Assembly: GCA_964636595.1 (NCBI GenBank)
Contig: CAZWSG010000009.1
Span: forward strand, 65 to 64,064
DNA length: 64,000 nt
Direction: 5' to 3'
Origin: an uncultured Nitrosopumilaceae archaeon
GTDB lineage: Archaea > Thermoproteota > Nitrososphaeria > Nitrososphaerales > Nitrosopumilaceae
Shown in pieces: positions 29,964 through 40,224 of the stretch (position 1 is the stretch's first letter; every line of letters starts with the position of its first letter). Below the pieces are notes generated by a model, which did not search any database, was not told where the DNA came from, and was given only the letters and a program-made list of their open reading frames with translations. The position numbers were made by a program, and so were the translations under genes.

Positions 29964-31802
29964 CTATATTTGAGTTTTAGTCAGTAATTCATAAATCCGT
30001 GATGCAGCCATACCATCATTTTTGTAATTGTAATAATGTTCATATTTTTTCCTCATTGCTCTTAGTTCATCTTGAGTTTGTTTATCTCTCAAAATTCTAT
30101 CTAGTTTCAATACTATGTCTTCTATAGATGTAGCTAGAAGAGCTACTTTTAGTTCATCATATCGATTGTTTGGAAATGGTTTTCCCATAAGGTTGGCAAT
30201 CATCAGGGGCTTATCGAACAATATGGCTAATAGTCCAACATTTGAGTAATCTGTTATCACTAAATTTGATATTGACAATAATTCAAGAATGTCCACATTT
30301 TGGATTAGATGAAAATGAAGTTTGTCTGGATTGTCTTGAAGATGGACAAAGTCAGAAATTTTTTTATCTGGATGTACTTTTACAATAACCTGATAATTTT
30401 TCTTATTTGCATATTTTATAGTTTCATACATCCAGAATGATTCATTTTTATCTAGTCCTGAAGTTGCTATCAAAATAATAGGAATATCAAAATCTAACTT
30501 CATTACTTTTGTTAAACTTACTTGTGCTTCTGAAATTTTTATTTTCTTGATCTTATCAAAAAAAGCATTACCAGTAAGTATGAGCCGATTCTTGTCATAA
30601 CCCATCTTTATAAAAGCCTCATTACATTCTTCTCCATAAGAAGCAATGTAGTCAGCATTATGAGATAATATTGATCTTCTACTTGCGGTTACTGAAGCAG
30701 CTATTATTGTAATAGTTCTTATCTTGTTTCTCTTTGCAACTGCGCACATTATATCTGATAAATCTATTCCACTGGGCATCACTAAAACTGACTCAGGTTT
30801 TGTTTCCGAAATAATCTCTTCAAAAAACACTATTGCTTTGAGATTTTGTACTAGTTCATTATAAAATGCATCATTCAACAAATACTTACAAAGAATGGTC
30901 ACTATACTGTTATCCTTACGTATGGCAATATCTCTAATGCTCAACAATGCTTGTCTGATTATGCCTGTATCGCTAAGACTGGTTTTTTCTAAATGCGACG
31001 AAAAGTCTATAAAATTAATTTTCTTTTGTTTAAGATTTTCCGCAGCTCTCCAATCCGCAGTCATTACAACAAAAGGATGATGTCTATGCTGGAACTCTTC
31101 AATTACAGGATATACCGGTCTGAGATAAAGATCAGCTGTATTTGTCTGCACCAAAAATATGCAGGAACCCTTTGTTATGTCTAATCTAGGACTAATTGAA
31201 GTATTTTTATTTCTAAATATTTTGTGTAGTAAAGATACATCTTTCTTCTTGGTTGAACCTATATCAGATAATGTCTTCAAAATAAGTTTGTGTTCAGTAA
31301 CTGTGAGAGGATCAATTGGTGATATTTCATCATTCTTGATTGACATGGGTGAAGAAATATGATAACCCAAGTTTGAAGCTAGATCATGGTATGCAAAGTA
31401 GTAGTAGCTTGTATATTCGCGACATATTAGTACATGAAATTCTTTTTTTGATTTTAATACAAAATTAATTATCTCCAAGAATTCTAACTCAGCTCGTATT
31501 TTATTTGTGAAAGCAGCAGAAATTTCAATACCATTATGAGTTACTTTGGAAAAATCTCTCTTTATTGATTCAGCACCAATATGCGCCCTTTCATAGGCAT
31601 CTATTTCTTGATCACTATCAGTAGGAATTATTTCAAAGATTGTTTGTGCAGAAATTCCATATCTATCAAGCTCATTTTTTAAGAGGCGATTATCGGTAAT
31701 TACTACATAATTTGATGAAAAACTCTTTTTAACATAATCTGAAATTATCTGAGCATTTTCTACCTTGCAATCTAAGATTAATCTAAAGTTCAATTCTATC
31801 AC
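29964..31802 (-). CDS. TagF-like or capsule-polymerase-like protein, tandem paralogue A
   Basis: C-terminus NLVITDYSNVGLLAILFDKPLMIANL. Collinear similarity to the next gene over its full length. Confidence 0.4.
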   Translation of the reverse strand: MIELNFRLILDCKVENAQIISDYVKKSFSSNYVVITDNRLLKNELDRYGISAQTIFEIIPTDSDQEIDAYERAHIGAESIKRDFSKVTHNGIEISAAFTNKIRAELEFLEIINFVLKSKKEFHVLICREYTSYYYFAYHDLASNLGYHISSPMSIKNDEISPIDPLTVTEHKLILKTLSDIGSTKKKDVSLLHKIFRNKNTSISPRLDITKGSCIFLVQTNTADLYLRPVYPVIEEFQHRHHPFVVMTADWRAAENLKQKKINFIDFSSHLEKTSLSDTGIIRQALLSIRDIAIRKDNSIVTILCKYLLNDAFYNELVQNLKAIVFFEEIISETKPESVLVMPSGIDLSDIMCAVAKRNKIRTITIIAASVTASRRSILSHNADYIASYGEECNEAFIKMGYDKNRLILTGNAFFDKIKKIKISEAQVSLTKVMKLDFDIPIILIATSGLDKNESFWMYETIKYANKKNYQVIVKVHPDKKISDFVHLQDNPDKLHFHLIQNVDILELLSISNLVITDYSNVGLLAILFDKPLMIANLMGKPFPNNRYDELKVALLATSIEDIVLKLDRILRDKQTQDELRAMRKKYEHYYNYKNDGMAASRIYELLTKTQI

Positions 31803-31817
31803 CTGTTAATTATTGAG

Positions 31818-33695
31818 TCATAATTTTAGATGTTGTTTAGTAAGTAGATCATAAATTCTAGAAGCAGCCATACCGTCATTTTTATAGTAATAGTGGTATC
31901 CTTGTTTTTTCCGCATTATCTTTAATTCCTCCTGTACATCCTTATCAGTCAAAATTGTATTCAATTTGGATTCTATTTCTTTTATGGAAGTTGCTAGCAA
32001 AGCTACTCCCATTTCATCATATCTATTATTCAGAAAAGCCTTTCCAGTAAGATTGGCAACCATGAGAGGTTTCTCAAATAATATTGCTAAAAGTCCTACC
32101 GTAGAATTATCAGTTATCACTATATCTGCCACTGCCAATAATTCTAAGATGTCTACATTTTGAATAATTTGAAAACTAAGTTTGTCTGGATTATTATGAA
32201 TCTTAACATAGTCAGATAATTCCACTGCAGGATGTACTTTTACAATAACCTGATAATTTTTCTTATTTGCATATTTTATAGTTTCATACATCCAGAATGA
32301 TTCATTTCTATCGACCCCACCAGTTGCTATTAGAATAATAGGTGATTCAAAGTTTATCGCTATGAATTTTGACAAATTATTCTTTGCATCTTTTTTTGTA
32401 ATCTTCATGATCTTATCAAAAAAAGGATTTCCAGTTAATACCAATCTATTCTTGTCGTAATTCATTTTTAGGAAAGCCTCATTGCATTGTTCACCGTATG
32501 AGAAAATGAGATCTGCACTATGGGGAGTTATTGATCTAATAGATGGTGCTACTACGGCAGCTACTGTAGTAGATGTTTGTATTCCACCCTTCCTTGCTAC
32601 AGCGCACATTATAGTTGAAAAATCTGTTCCATCAGGCATAACGAAAATAGATACTGGGTTAACTTCCGAAATTACTTTTTTAAAGAATTCTATTACCTTA
32701 CAATTCCTTGTTAATTCAGAATGAAATGCATCATTTAATAAATATCTAGATAATACTCCAATGATATTATTCAAGGAAGCGATATTCCTAAAGACTAGGA
32801 TTGATTCTTTTATTATGTTTGAATCTTCTAGATTAATTTCGTCTATATGTGATGAGAAATCTACAAACTGCATGTTTCGTTTCTTAATATTTTCCGCAGT
32901 TCTCCAATCTGCAGTCAATATTAAAAAAGGATATTGTCTGCGCTGAAACTCTTCGATCACTGGATAAACAGGTTTTAGGTATAGATCTGCAGCATTTGTT
33001 TGTAGTAAAAAAATACAAGAGTTTTTTTCCATATTTGTAATCAACTTATCGGTAATCAGCTTATCTGTAGTGGTTATTCTGTTAATGAATGATTTGAGAA
33101 AAGAAAATCTTGGTTTTTTATAGTTGCCAAGTTTATCTGAATACAGGGATTTGAAAACGAGATTATGTGATACGATTGATGAGGGATCAACAGACAATAT
33201 GCTATCGTGCTTTACCATGTTTGGTAAAAGAATTCTATATCCAAGTATTTCTGCAAGGTCACTATATGCAAAATGATAATAATTGTAATCTGTCAGACAT
33301 ACAATTACATTGACTTCTGTCTTGGATCTTAGGATAACATTAATTTTTTCCAGATGATGCAACTCATCTCTTATTTTATTCATGAATGTTGAAGAAATTT
33401 CAACCCCCTTGTAGGTAGTATTTGAAAAGTGCTTTGCGATAGATTCTGCTCCCGCATGCGCTCTTTCAAATGCCTGCGTTTCTTGAATGGTGCCCACCGG
33501 AATTGTATCATCAATAGTTTCAGCAAAATTCCCATTTTTGTTTAACTCTATCTTGAGCATCAAGTTGTTTGTAATAATTACAAAATTTGAGTCGAAATTT
33601 TCTTTTGCATAATCTAGAATTTTCTCGGCGTCTTCAACTCTACAATCTACTATTAACCTAAATTCCATTTTTTGACCTGTTCTATCTATTGTCAT
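31818..33695 (-). CDS. TagF-like or capsule-polymerase-like protein, tandem paralogue B
   Basis: C-terminus DIVITDNSTVGLLAILFEKPLMVANL. Shares ESFWMYETIKYANKKNYQVIVKVHP exactly with paralogue A. Confidence 0.4.
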   Translation of the reverse strand: MTIDRTGQKMEFRLIVDCRVEDAEKILDYAKENFDSNFVIITNNLMLKIELNKNGNFAETIDDTIPVGTIQETQAFERAHAGAESIAKHFSNTTYKGVEISSTFMNKIRDELHHLEKINVILRSKTEVNVIVCLTDYNYYHFAYSDLAEILGYRILLPNMVKHDSILSVDPSSIVSHNLVFKSLYSDKLGNYKKPRFSFLKSFINRITTTDKLITDKLITNMEKNSCIFLLQTNAADLYLKPVYPVIEEFQRRQYPFLILTADWRTAENIKKRNMQFVDFSSHIDEINLEDSNIIKESILVFRNIASLNNIIGVLSRYLLNDAFHSELTRNCKVIEFFKKVISEVNPVSIFVMPDGTDFSTIMCAVARKGGIQTSTTVAAVVAPSIRSITPHSADLIFSYGEQCNEAFLKMNYDKNRLVLTGNPFFDKIMKITKKDAKNNLSKFIAINFESPIILIATGGVDRNESFWMYETIKYANKKNYQVIVKVHPAVELSDYVKIHNNPDKLSFQIIQNVDILELLAVADIVITDNSTVGLLAILFEKPLMVANLTGKAFLNNRYDEMGVALLATSIKEIESKLNTILTDKDVQEELKIMRKKQGYHYYYKNDGMAASRIYDLLTKQHLKL

Positions 33696-34452
33696 ATGGC
33701 AAGCTATGTTGAACGCTGAATTTTATCTTATTTTCATTATCTGTCACAGTCTCTTTTTTCTGGAAAACTATTAACCATTCATAAAAGTGTAAGGGCTTCT
33801 TATTTTCTACCTTGTTTTCTGCAAAATAACCACGTCTCTCAAAAAATCTCTGATGTAACGGTGTCAACCCTATGGATTTGCCAAATTGCAAAAGTTTGTC
33901 ATAATTACTAAAACTATGGCAGATCTTTTTTTCAGTTATGCCAACCTCTGCTGAATATGCATCTGAGTCATCTTTATGATAATCATGTGATTTACCCGTG
34001 ATAAGTATCTGACCTCCTATCTTAAGACATCTTGTCATATCGATAAGAGCTTTTTCTTGATCACACAGCTCAAAAACACCCCAACAAATTATGAAATCGA
34101 AAAATTCTTGAGGAAAACAAATACTTTCAGCACCACAATTTTTTAGAGCCTTGCAAATTGAACCAACTCTTACTTGAGCTAATTCTATGGCTTTAGAGCT
34201 ATTATCTATTCCATATAATTCACATTTGTAAACATCGAACAATTCTTTTAGTAATCTACCTAAACCACAACCTATCTCTAATCCTTTCTGATCTTTTTGA
34301 ATTTTTAAAAGTTTGATATATTCTAGAAAAATATCAATACCTGCACCTGTGAAATTAGCTTCTCTTCCCTGATCATCATATCCACGTACTCCATAATTTT
34401 TTTTTAGATATTCAACATACTCATTTGATTGAAGATAATCCATTATTATCAC
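33682..34452 (-). CDS. class I SAM-dependent methyltransferase
   Basis: Motif I: GLEIGCGLGRLLKEL. First gene of the long minus-strand operon. Confidence 0.65.
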   Translation of the reverse strand: MIIMDYLQSNEYVEYLKKNYGVRGYDDQGREANFTGAGIDIFLEYIKLLKIQKDQKGLEIGCGLGRLLKELFDVYKCELYGIDNSSKAIELAQVRVGSICKALKNCGAESICFPQEFFDFIICWGVFELCDQEKALIDMTRCLKIGGQILITGKSHDYHKDDSDAYSAEVGITEKKICHSFSNYDKLLQFGKSIGLTPLHQRFFERRGYFAENKVENKKPLHFYEWLIVFQKKETVTDNENKIKFSVQHSLPYDNR

Positions 34453-34605
34453 AAATTATGATTATCTATTGACTCTTTTGGTGTGATTGAGTAACACGAT
34501 ATCTGTCACATATCTGTAAATTCAAATATGCATTGAAGTTTAGTCTAGTTATCATATTTAATCAGGTAATTTTGTTCTGGTTTATAAATACGATTTGAAT
34601 TTATA

Positions 34606-35421
34606 TTGGTGATATATTTGTCGAAAATCTTATCGTCTTTTTTTGTAAATCCTGTTAAGGAATTTTTGAACAACAGAGAGCTAATTTTCTATATGGTAAA
34701 AGCAGATCTAAAATCTAGACATTTTCGAAAACTATTAGGTCCCTTGTGGTGGCTTTTTGAACCATTAATGATGTCTTTCGTTTATCTATTTCTCACAACT
34801 ATATTGTTAAAGTCATCGTCAGGTTCTAATCAACTACTTTTTATTTTAATTGCAGTCATTTCTTGGAGATGGTTTTCAAAATCTGTTGATGAATCACCCG
34901 CGATGTTGACTTCATATGGAAGCGTCTTGAGCAGAACAAATCTACCATTACTTCCTTTTGTTTACGTATCTACAATTGTAAATTTGATATATTTTTTGGC
35001 CGGTCTATCTGTGGTCTTTGCTATAATTCTATTATTTGGTGTACATATTACCTCTAACATCATCTACCTTCCATTTGTAATGCTTGTTCAAATTTCATTC
35101 ATAATTGGAGTTACTAGCATATTGGCACGGGCAGGTGTTTTCCTTAAAGACTTGGTTAGCGCAACATGGGTGTTTACGAGTATTTGGTTTTATTTATCTC
35201 CAGGAATTTATTCTGAATCGTTGATTCCAGCTGGATGGAAATTTTATTATAATTTGAATCCATGGGCTACAATTTTGCCTGCATATCGTTCTATATTGTT
35301 GGGAGGAGATCTTCCAGACTTTGCTAGGCTAGCTATATGGTTTGGTATATTTCTAGTCATGGCTATAATAGGATTGAAGATTGTTAGCAGAAATAGGGGG
35401 AGAATCTACAAGGTACTTTAA
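34606..35421 (+). CDS. wzm: polysaccharide ABC exporter permease (Wzm/TagG/KpsM, ABC-2 type)
   Basis: ADLKSRHFRKLLGPLWWLFEPLMMSFVYLFL is the typical Wzm N-terminus, followed by six helices. Confidence 0.75.
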   Translation: MVIYLSKILSSFFVNPVKEFLNNRELIFYMVKADLKSRHFRKLLGPLWWLFEPLMMSFVYLFLTTILLKSSSGSNQLLFILIAVISWRWFSKSVDESPAMLTSYGSVLSRTNLPLLPFVYVSTIVNLIYFLAGLSVVFAIILLFGVHITSNIIYLPFVMLVQISFIIGVTSILARAGVFLKDLVSATWVFTSIWFYLSPGIYSESLIPAGWKFYYNLNPWATILPAYRSILLGGDLPDFARLAIWFGIFLVMAIIGLKIVSRNRGRIYKVL

Positions 35422-35424
35422 GAT

Positions 35425-37095
35425 ATGTTGGAACAAGAATCTGAAATAAAATTATACGCAAACGCCCTTGTTAATATGAAAAGGGGAGAAATTACAGGCG
35501 GGTTAAAACAGCTTCATGACTTGCTATCAAAAAACTATGATGGACTATCAACAATTTTAGAATATGATGCTATGACTAGCAACAAATTACCTGAAAATAT
35601 TGACAACAATTGGATCCATGCTGGAGATGGCGAGACAAGGATGGTGGGAAGACAACTACAACTAGTAATTGCAGGCGGGAAAACTGAATCTGTTTACGAG
35701 TACGTCTTGAATGTCTCAGAAGGGGGAATCATGGTCGATTTCATAATGCAAAGATTTGGTGGGGGAGAAGAAAATTGTCACCTCTTAATTGATACAAAAA
35801 TTGGTTCCGAATTAATAAGATTCAATCAACATCATGTTCATTTATCTAGTAATCACACCACAACAGAAATTGACTTTAGTATTTTTCATGCATTTAGATT
35901 AATAATAGAAAATGGAGTCGTGGCATTAATAATTGATGGTAAGTTATCTCTTTTTTCAAAAGCTGTTGATAATAAATCTCTGAATAAAATTGCCTTTGGT
36001 TGTACTAAAGGTCTTACCAATGCTGATGTCGAAAGTGCATGGACTCTATTTCGCATAAGTCATGGCAACAATATCTTAAACAAAGTGATGCAAAAAGGAA
36101 TATCGGATATATTTCTGACTGAGGCATCCAAATTCTATGACTTGGGCAGAAATGCTTCTGCAGTTAGAGAGTTATCAAAACTATTATTATTTGAACCTCA
36201 AAATCAACGAGGCATAGAATTATTGTATGCAATCATGACTAGAATCCAGGTCCGAGATCCTGCACTTTATCTTTTAGATGAATTAATTGATCTATTAAAT
36301 AATCCAAATCTTTCTCTACACTGGAAAGAAAAAAGAAGTATTGTAACTAGTCATACGGTAATAGAAGTAAATGATGTTGGAGTAAAGTTCTTGACAAATA
36401 TTGAGAGTGGAACCCTTGCAGGCAAGTGGGATTCTTTTTTTTCAAGAAATCGAAAACAAGCAAAGTATTTCTGGGCACTCCGCAATGTTTCCTTTTCAGT
36501 TTTGCAAGGTGAAATAGTGGGAATTATAGGTTTGAATGGTTCAGGCAAATCTACTCTACTGCGGGTGATTGCACAAATTTTGGTTCCTGATGAAGGTATG
36601 GTTAAGGTTAGTGGACATCCAATCCTATTGGCTCCTGGAATGGCCTTTCGAGAAGAATTATCTGGTAGAGAAAATATCTATCTTGGATGTCTTTTCATGG
36701 GCATGAAGAAAAAGGAAGTCACTGAACAATTTGATGATATTGTAAAATTTGCTGAATTGGAAGACCACATCGATAGGACATTCAAATATTATTCAGATGG
36801 TATGAAATCAAGACTGAATTTTGCAGTTGCAACTCATTTACGTCATGATATATTATTATTAGATGAACTTCTCGGTGCGGGGGATATCACATTTAACAGA
36901 AAAGCTGCACAAAGAATGGAGGAGATGGTATTGGAATCTAAGACTGCGGTAATAGTAACTCATTCTACTCAATTTGTGCGTGAACATTGTACAAAGGCAA
37001 TTTACATGCAAAAAGGTAATGTAAAATATCTTGGAGATCCAGATAGAGCTGTGGATATGTATCTATTAGATGGCAGAACTGACGCTCCAATATGA
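35425..37095 (+). CDS. wzt: polysaccharide ABC exporter ATPase (Wzt/TagH-like) with an approximately 310-aa N-terminal extension
   Basis: The NBD is in the C-terminal half: WALRNVSFSVLQGEIVGIIGLNGSGKSTLL, YSDGMKSRLNFA, ILLLDELLGAGD. The N-terminal 310 aa are unassigned. Confidence 0.75.
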   Translation: MLEQESEIKLYANALVNMKRGEITGGLKQLHDLLSKNYDGLSTILEYDAMTSNKLPENIDNNWIHAGDGETRMVGRQLQLVIAGGKTESVYEYVLNVSEGGIMVDFIMQRFGGGEENCHLLIDTKIGSELIRFNQHHVHLSSNHTTTEIDFSIFHAFRLIIENGVVALIIDGKLSLFSKAVDNKSLNKIAFGCTKGLTNADVESAWTLFRISHGNNILNKVMQKGISDIFLTEASKFYDLGRNASAVRELSKLLLFEPQNQRGIELLYAIMTRIQVRDPALYLLDELIDLLNNPNLSLHWKEKRSIVTSHTVIEVNDVGVKFLTNIESGTLAGKWDSFFSRNRKQAKYFWALRNVSFSVLQGEIVGIIGLNGSGKSTLLRVIAQILVPDEGMVKVSGHPILLAPGMAFREELSGRENIYLGCLFMGMKKKEVTEQFDDIVKFAELEDHIDRTFKYYSDGMKSRLNFAVATHLRHDILLLDELLGAGDITFNRKAAQRMEEMVLESKTAVIVTHSTQFVREHCTKAIYMQKGNVKYLGDPDRAVDMYLLDGRTDAPI

Positions 37096-37289
37096 TGACT
37101 TGCGAAGTTGTTAATTTGGTCAAAAATTATAGTATGAAGAAAGCAACAAGAAACATGATCTGATTCTGATTGTTATATGTTGACAGATATTGTGAAGACA
37201 TTATTTTTATCTACATTCATTCAAGATCATATTTTTATTTTTGAAAAGTATGTGACATGCTTATATAAGCGCCAAAATATTTTGCAGAT

Positions 37290-38300
37290 ATGACGAATGT
37301 TTCACGTTCTAGACTGGATGATATCTATTCACTTTCAAGCAAGATTACATGCAAAGAATTTGTTGAACGTGTTTCTGGAGGACAAAGAATATTTGAAAAA
37401 GTTCTACATGAATATACAAAATATGTAGACCCTTACACCGGCAAAGTCAAAAATGAATACATTACTATGAGAGACAAATGTCCACTTTGCTTTTCAAAGA
37501 GTTTTGGTTATCTTTTCACAAAAGATGGATTTGATCACATGCTCTGTAGTTCTTGTGATATGATATTTACACTACAGATACTTGATAATGCCAAAACCCA
37601 CTACCTGGAAGAAGGTGGTGAGGGTAACGCCTATGGGGAATTAAAAGAAAAACCAATCATCGGTGAAAATGACAAGAAGAAATATGAAATCGTTTTTGAG
37701 GATCTTGAAAAATATGCAAAAATTAAAGACATTTTAGATGTCGGAAGTCAAGTTGGAACTTTCCTACAATGGGCAACTGAAAAGAAAATGAATATAATTG
37801 GACATGAATATCATAATCCACTTCGTACAGAGGCTCAAAGAAGAGGCTTTTCTGTATTATCTGATAATTTAGAAAAAGTGTCATTTGACAAACAGTTTGA
37901 CCTGATCACAATGTGGGACTACATTGATCACGTCTTAAATCCACATGATGTGATAAAAAACCTAACAAAATATCTCAAAAAAGGTGGCCTATTTTTTTAC
38001 GCAATTAATAATTTGGATAGTCTATCTGTAAAAATTCTACATGAATACAGTCCTAATTTCATAGGACCACATCATACCATGCATTATGGAATAAACCAAC
38101 TCAAGAGGTTGATGGGTAATGAGTATGAGTTATTGGAATCAGAGTCGTATGTATCAGAACTAAACTGGATTTCTAATTGGTTATCATTTAAGAGTCCGAT
38201 GTTTGGAGATGCACCATTGGCATTTGATCTTTTTGATCCAAAGAAAATTTGTGAACTTGGTATGGGTATCAAACTTAACGCTATTTTTAGAAAAAAGTAA
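37290..38300 (+). CDS. SAM-dependent methyltransferase with N-terminal zinc ribbon
   Basis: CPLCFSKS ... CSSCDMIF, then ILDVGSQVGTFL motif I. Confidence 0.6.
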   Translation: MTNVSRSRLDDIYSLSSKITCKEFVERVSGGQRIFEKVLHEYTKYVDPYTGKVKNEYITMRDKCPLCFSKSFGYLFTKDGFDHMLCSSCDMIFTLQILDNAKTHYLEEGGEGNAYGELKEKPIIGENDKKKYEIVFEDLEKYAKIKDILDVGSQVGTFLQWATEKKMNIIGHEYHNPLRTEAQRRGFSVLSDNLEKVSFDKQFDLITMWDYIDHVLNPHDVIKNLTKYLKKGGLFFYAINNLDSLSVKILHEYSPNFIGPHHTMHYGINQLKRLMGNEYELLESESYVSELNWISNWLSFKSPMFGDAPLAFDLFDPKKICELGMGIKLNAIFRKK

Positions 38301-38375
38301 TCTATTTTTAGATATTATGTAATGGAAATCAAAGATGTATCAAGATATTTTGATACTGAATGATGTATAACCTAC

Positions 38376-38460
38376 ACAAATTTTTCAATTAATAGTAGGA
38401 ATTCTTAATAAATTAACTTACTTAATCGGAAATACAATGCGTTTTAAAAACTGGAAACAA
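38376..38460 (+). promoter_or_regulatory. promoter/5' cassette copy A (TTAATAAATTAAC TATA-like box plus the first 8 codons, MRFKNWKQ)
   Basis: About 87% identical by eye to 43752-43837. The AT-rich TATA-like element lies about 30 nt upstream of the ATG. Confidence 0.55.
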
Positions 38461-39462
38461 ACAATCAAGATTGGAAAGCATGTTCTGGGAAAAAATAAAC
38501 CTGTATTCATAATTGCTGAAGCTGGAGTAAATCATAATGGAAAAATTAGTCTAGCAAAAAATCTAATTAATGCAGCCATTGATTCAAACGCTGATGCCAT
38601 AAAGTTTCAAACTTATATCACGAACAAGCTTGTCTCAAGGAAACTTGCTCCACAAATGTACAAAATGCTTGAAAAATATGAATTTGGAAAAGAAGATTTT
38701 GCAGAGCTTAGGGATTACGCAAAAAGTAACAGAATTATTTTTAGTTCGACTCCATTTGATATCAAAAGCTGTGACTTGCTTGAAACGTTAGGTGTACCAT
38801 TCTACAAGCTTGGGTCTGGAGATGTAGAAAACATCACATTGATAATACATGCATCAAAAAAGAAAAAACCCATTCTTCTCTCTACTGGAATGAGTAACAA
38901 TCAGGAAATCACAGAGGCACTTCAATCTATTTCATCATACAACAACAATGTTATCTTGATGCACTGTACCTCATTATATCCAGCCAATTTTAATGAAGCA
39001 AACTTGAATGTAATTCCTACAATGAAAAAGAACTTTGGAATTCCTGTAGGGTATTCTGATCATACATTAGGATGTGAGGTTAGTCTTGCAGCGGTCTCAC
39101 TTGGAGCATGTGTGATTGAAAAACATCTTACACTTGACAACAAGATGCAAGGGCCAGATCACAAGGCCTCCCTTGATCCCAAAACTTTCAAAAAAATGGT
39201 GGAATCAATCCGAAACATAGAAGAATCGTTTGGAAGTAGCGCCAAAAAAGTACTACCAAGAGAGGAGAACACAAAAAAGATTGCACGACGAAGTATAATG
39301 TCTATCCGTGACATCCCAAAAGGTAAGAAGATTGACCAATTTGATGTTGATATCCTAAGACCTTATGGAGGGATTAAACCCAAATATTTCAATAAAATTA
39401 TTGGAAAAAAATCAAAGACTTTCATCCGGAGTGGGATCTTTATCTCTTGGAAAATGCTATAG
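38437..39462 (+). CDS. neuB: nonulosonic acid synthase (NeuB/LegI/PseI family)
   Basis: PVFIIAEAGVNHNG, YKLGSGDVEN, GYSDHTLG, IEKHLTLD, and a C-terminal SAF domain (ARRSIMSIRDIPKGKKI). Confidence 0.85.
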   Translation: MRFKNWKQTIKIGKHVLGKNKPVFIIAEAGVNHNGKISLAKNLINAAIDSNADAIKFQTYITNKLVSRKLAPQMYKMLEKYEFGKEDFAELRDYAKSNRIIFSSTPFDIKSCDLLETLGVPFYKLGSGDVENITLIIHASKKKKPILLSTGMSNNQEITEALQSISSYNNNVILMHCTSLYPANFNEANLNVIPTMKKNFGIPVGYSDHTLGCEVSLAAVSLGACVIEKHLTLDNKMQGPDHKASLDPKTFKKMVESIRNIEESFGSSAKKVLPREENTKKIARRSIMSIRDIPKGKKIDQFDVDILRPYGGIKPKYFNKIIGKKSKTFIRSGIFISWKML

Positions 39463-39473
39463 CTCAAACAGTC

Positions 39474-40220
39474 CTACTTTTCCTTTTGTGATTCTTTCAA
39501 ATGCGTCTCATATAATACTTGGGCATCTTTGTTAATTTCTAGAAGCTTTGGATTGTCAGTGAGAAAATCAACTATTGCATCCAGAGTTATTATCTCATTT
39601 TCTTGGTACAATTCATTAAAGATCTTCTCTATTAGATCAAAGTCTTCCTTGTAATCCAAAGTTAGTCTTATCTCTGGCCTTTGGAGTTTTTTTTCAGGAA
39701 CTACAAATGATTTTGTTAATTCTTTTCTCTCTGTAAACAGACTTCCCCATACCTCAGTATTAGTTACAGTCTTTGTCTTGCAGACCTTCTCTAATGCCTC
39801 TCTTTTGATACAAAACGGTGTTGCCCCAAGTGGTGCATCTTTTACAATGATATAGTCAGCACCAGTTCGTTCAAACTCATTAACACACATGTCTACAAGT
39901 TCTGGGTCGCAAAATATGTCATCTCCATCCACTACTATGATAAAATCCGTTGAAAATTTGTATGCTGCATTTAGATATCTGTCAAGCTTGTCATCCTCAC
40001 TTCCCCTAAAGAAATCTATCTTGTTTTTCTTTGCAATATCTACAAGAATATCATCATCGGGGTTGGTAGATGTGCACAGGACTATCTGTGATACTTTAGT
40101 TGAAAATTTCAATCTACTTATGAGATGGTCTGTAAGGGTTTTGCCCTTTACAACCTTCAATACTTTGCCAGGAAATCTTTTTGCTTTGTTTCTTACAGAT
40201 AAATAAATGGCGTATCTCAA
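39474..40220 (-). CDS. CMP-sugar (acylneuraminate) cytidylyltransferase, SpsF/LegF-like
   Basis: N-terminal SVRNKAKRFPGKVLKVVKGKTL ... FRGSEDDKLDRY ... VDGDD, typical of the CTP_transf_3 family. Confidence 0.65.
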   Translation of the reverse strand: MRYAIYLSVRNKAKRFPGKVLKVVKGKTLTDHLISRLKFSTKVSQIVLCTSTNPDDDILVDIAKKNKIDFFRGSEDDKLDRYLNAAYKFSTDFIIVVDGDDIFCDPELVDMCVNEFERTGADYIIVKDAPLGATPFCIKREALEKVCKTKTVTNTEVWGSLFTERKELTKSFVVPEKKLQRPEIRLTLDYKEDFDLIEKIFNELYQENEIITLDAIVDFLTDNPKLLEINKDAQVLYETHLKESQKEK

Positions 40221-40224
40221 TTAA

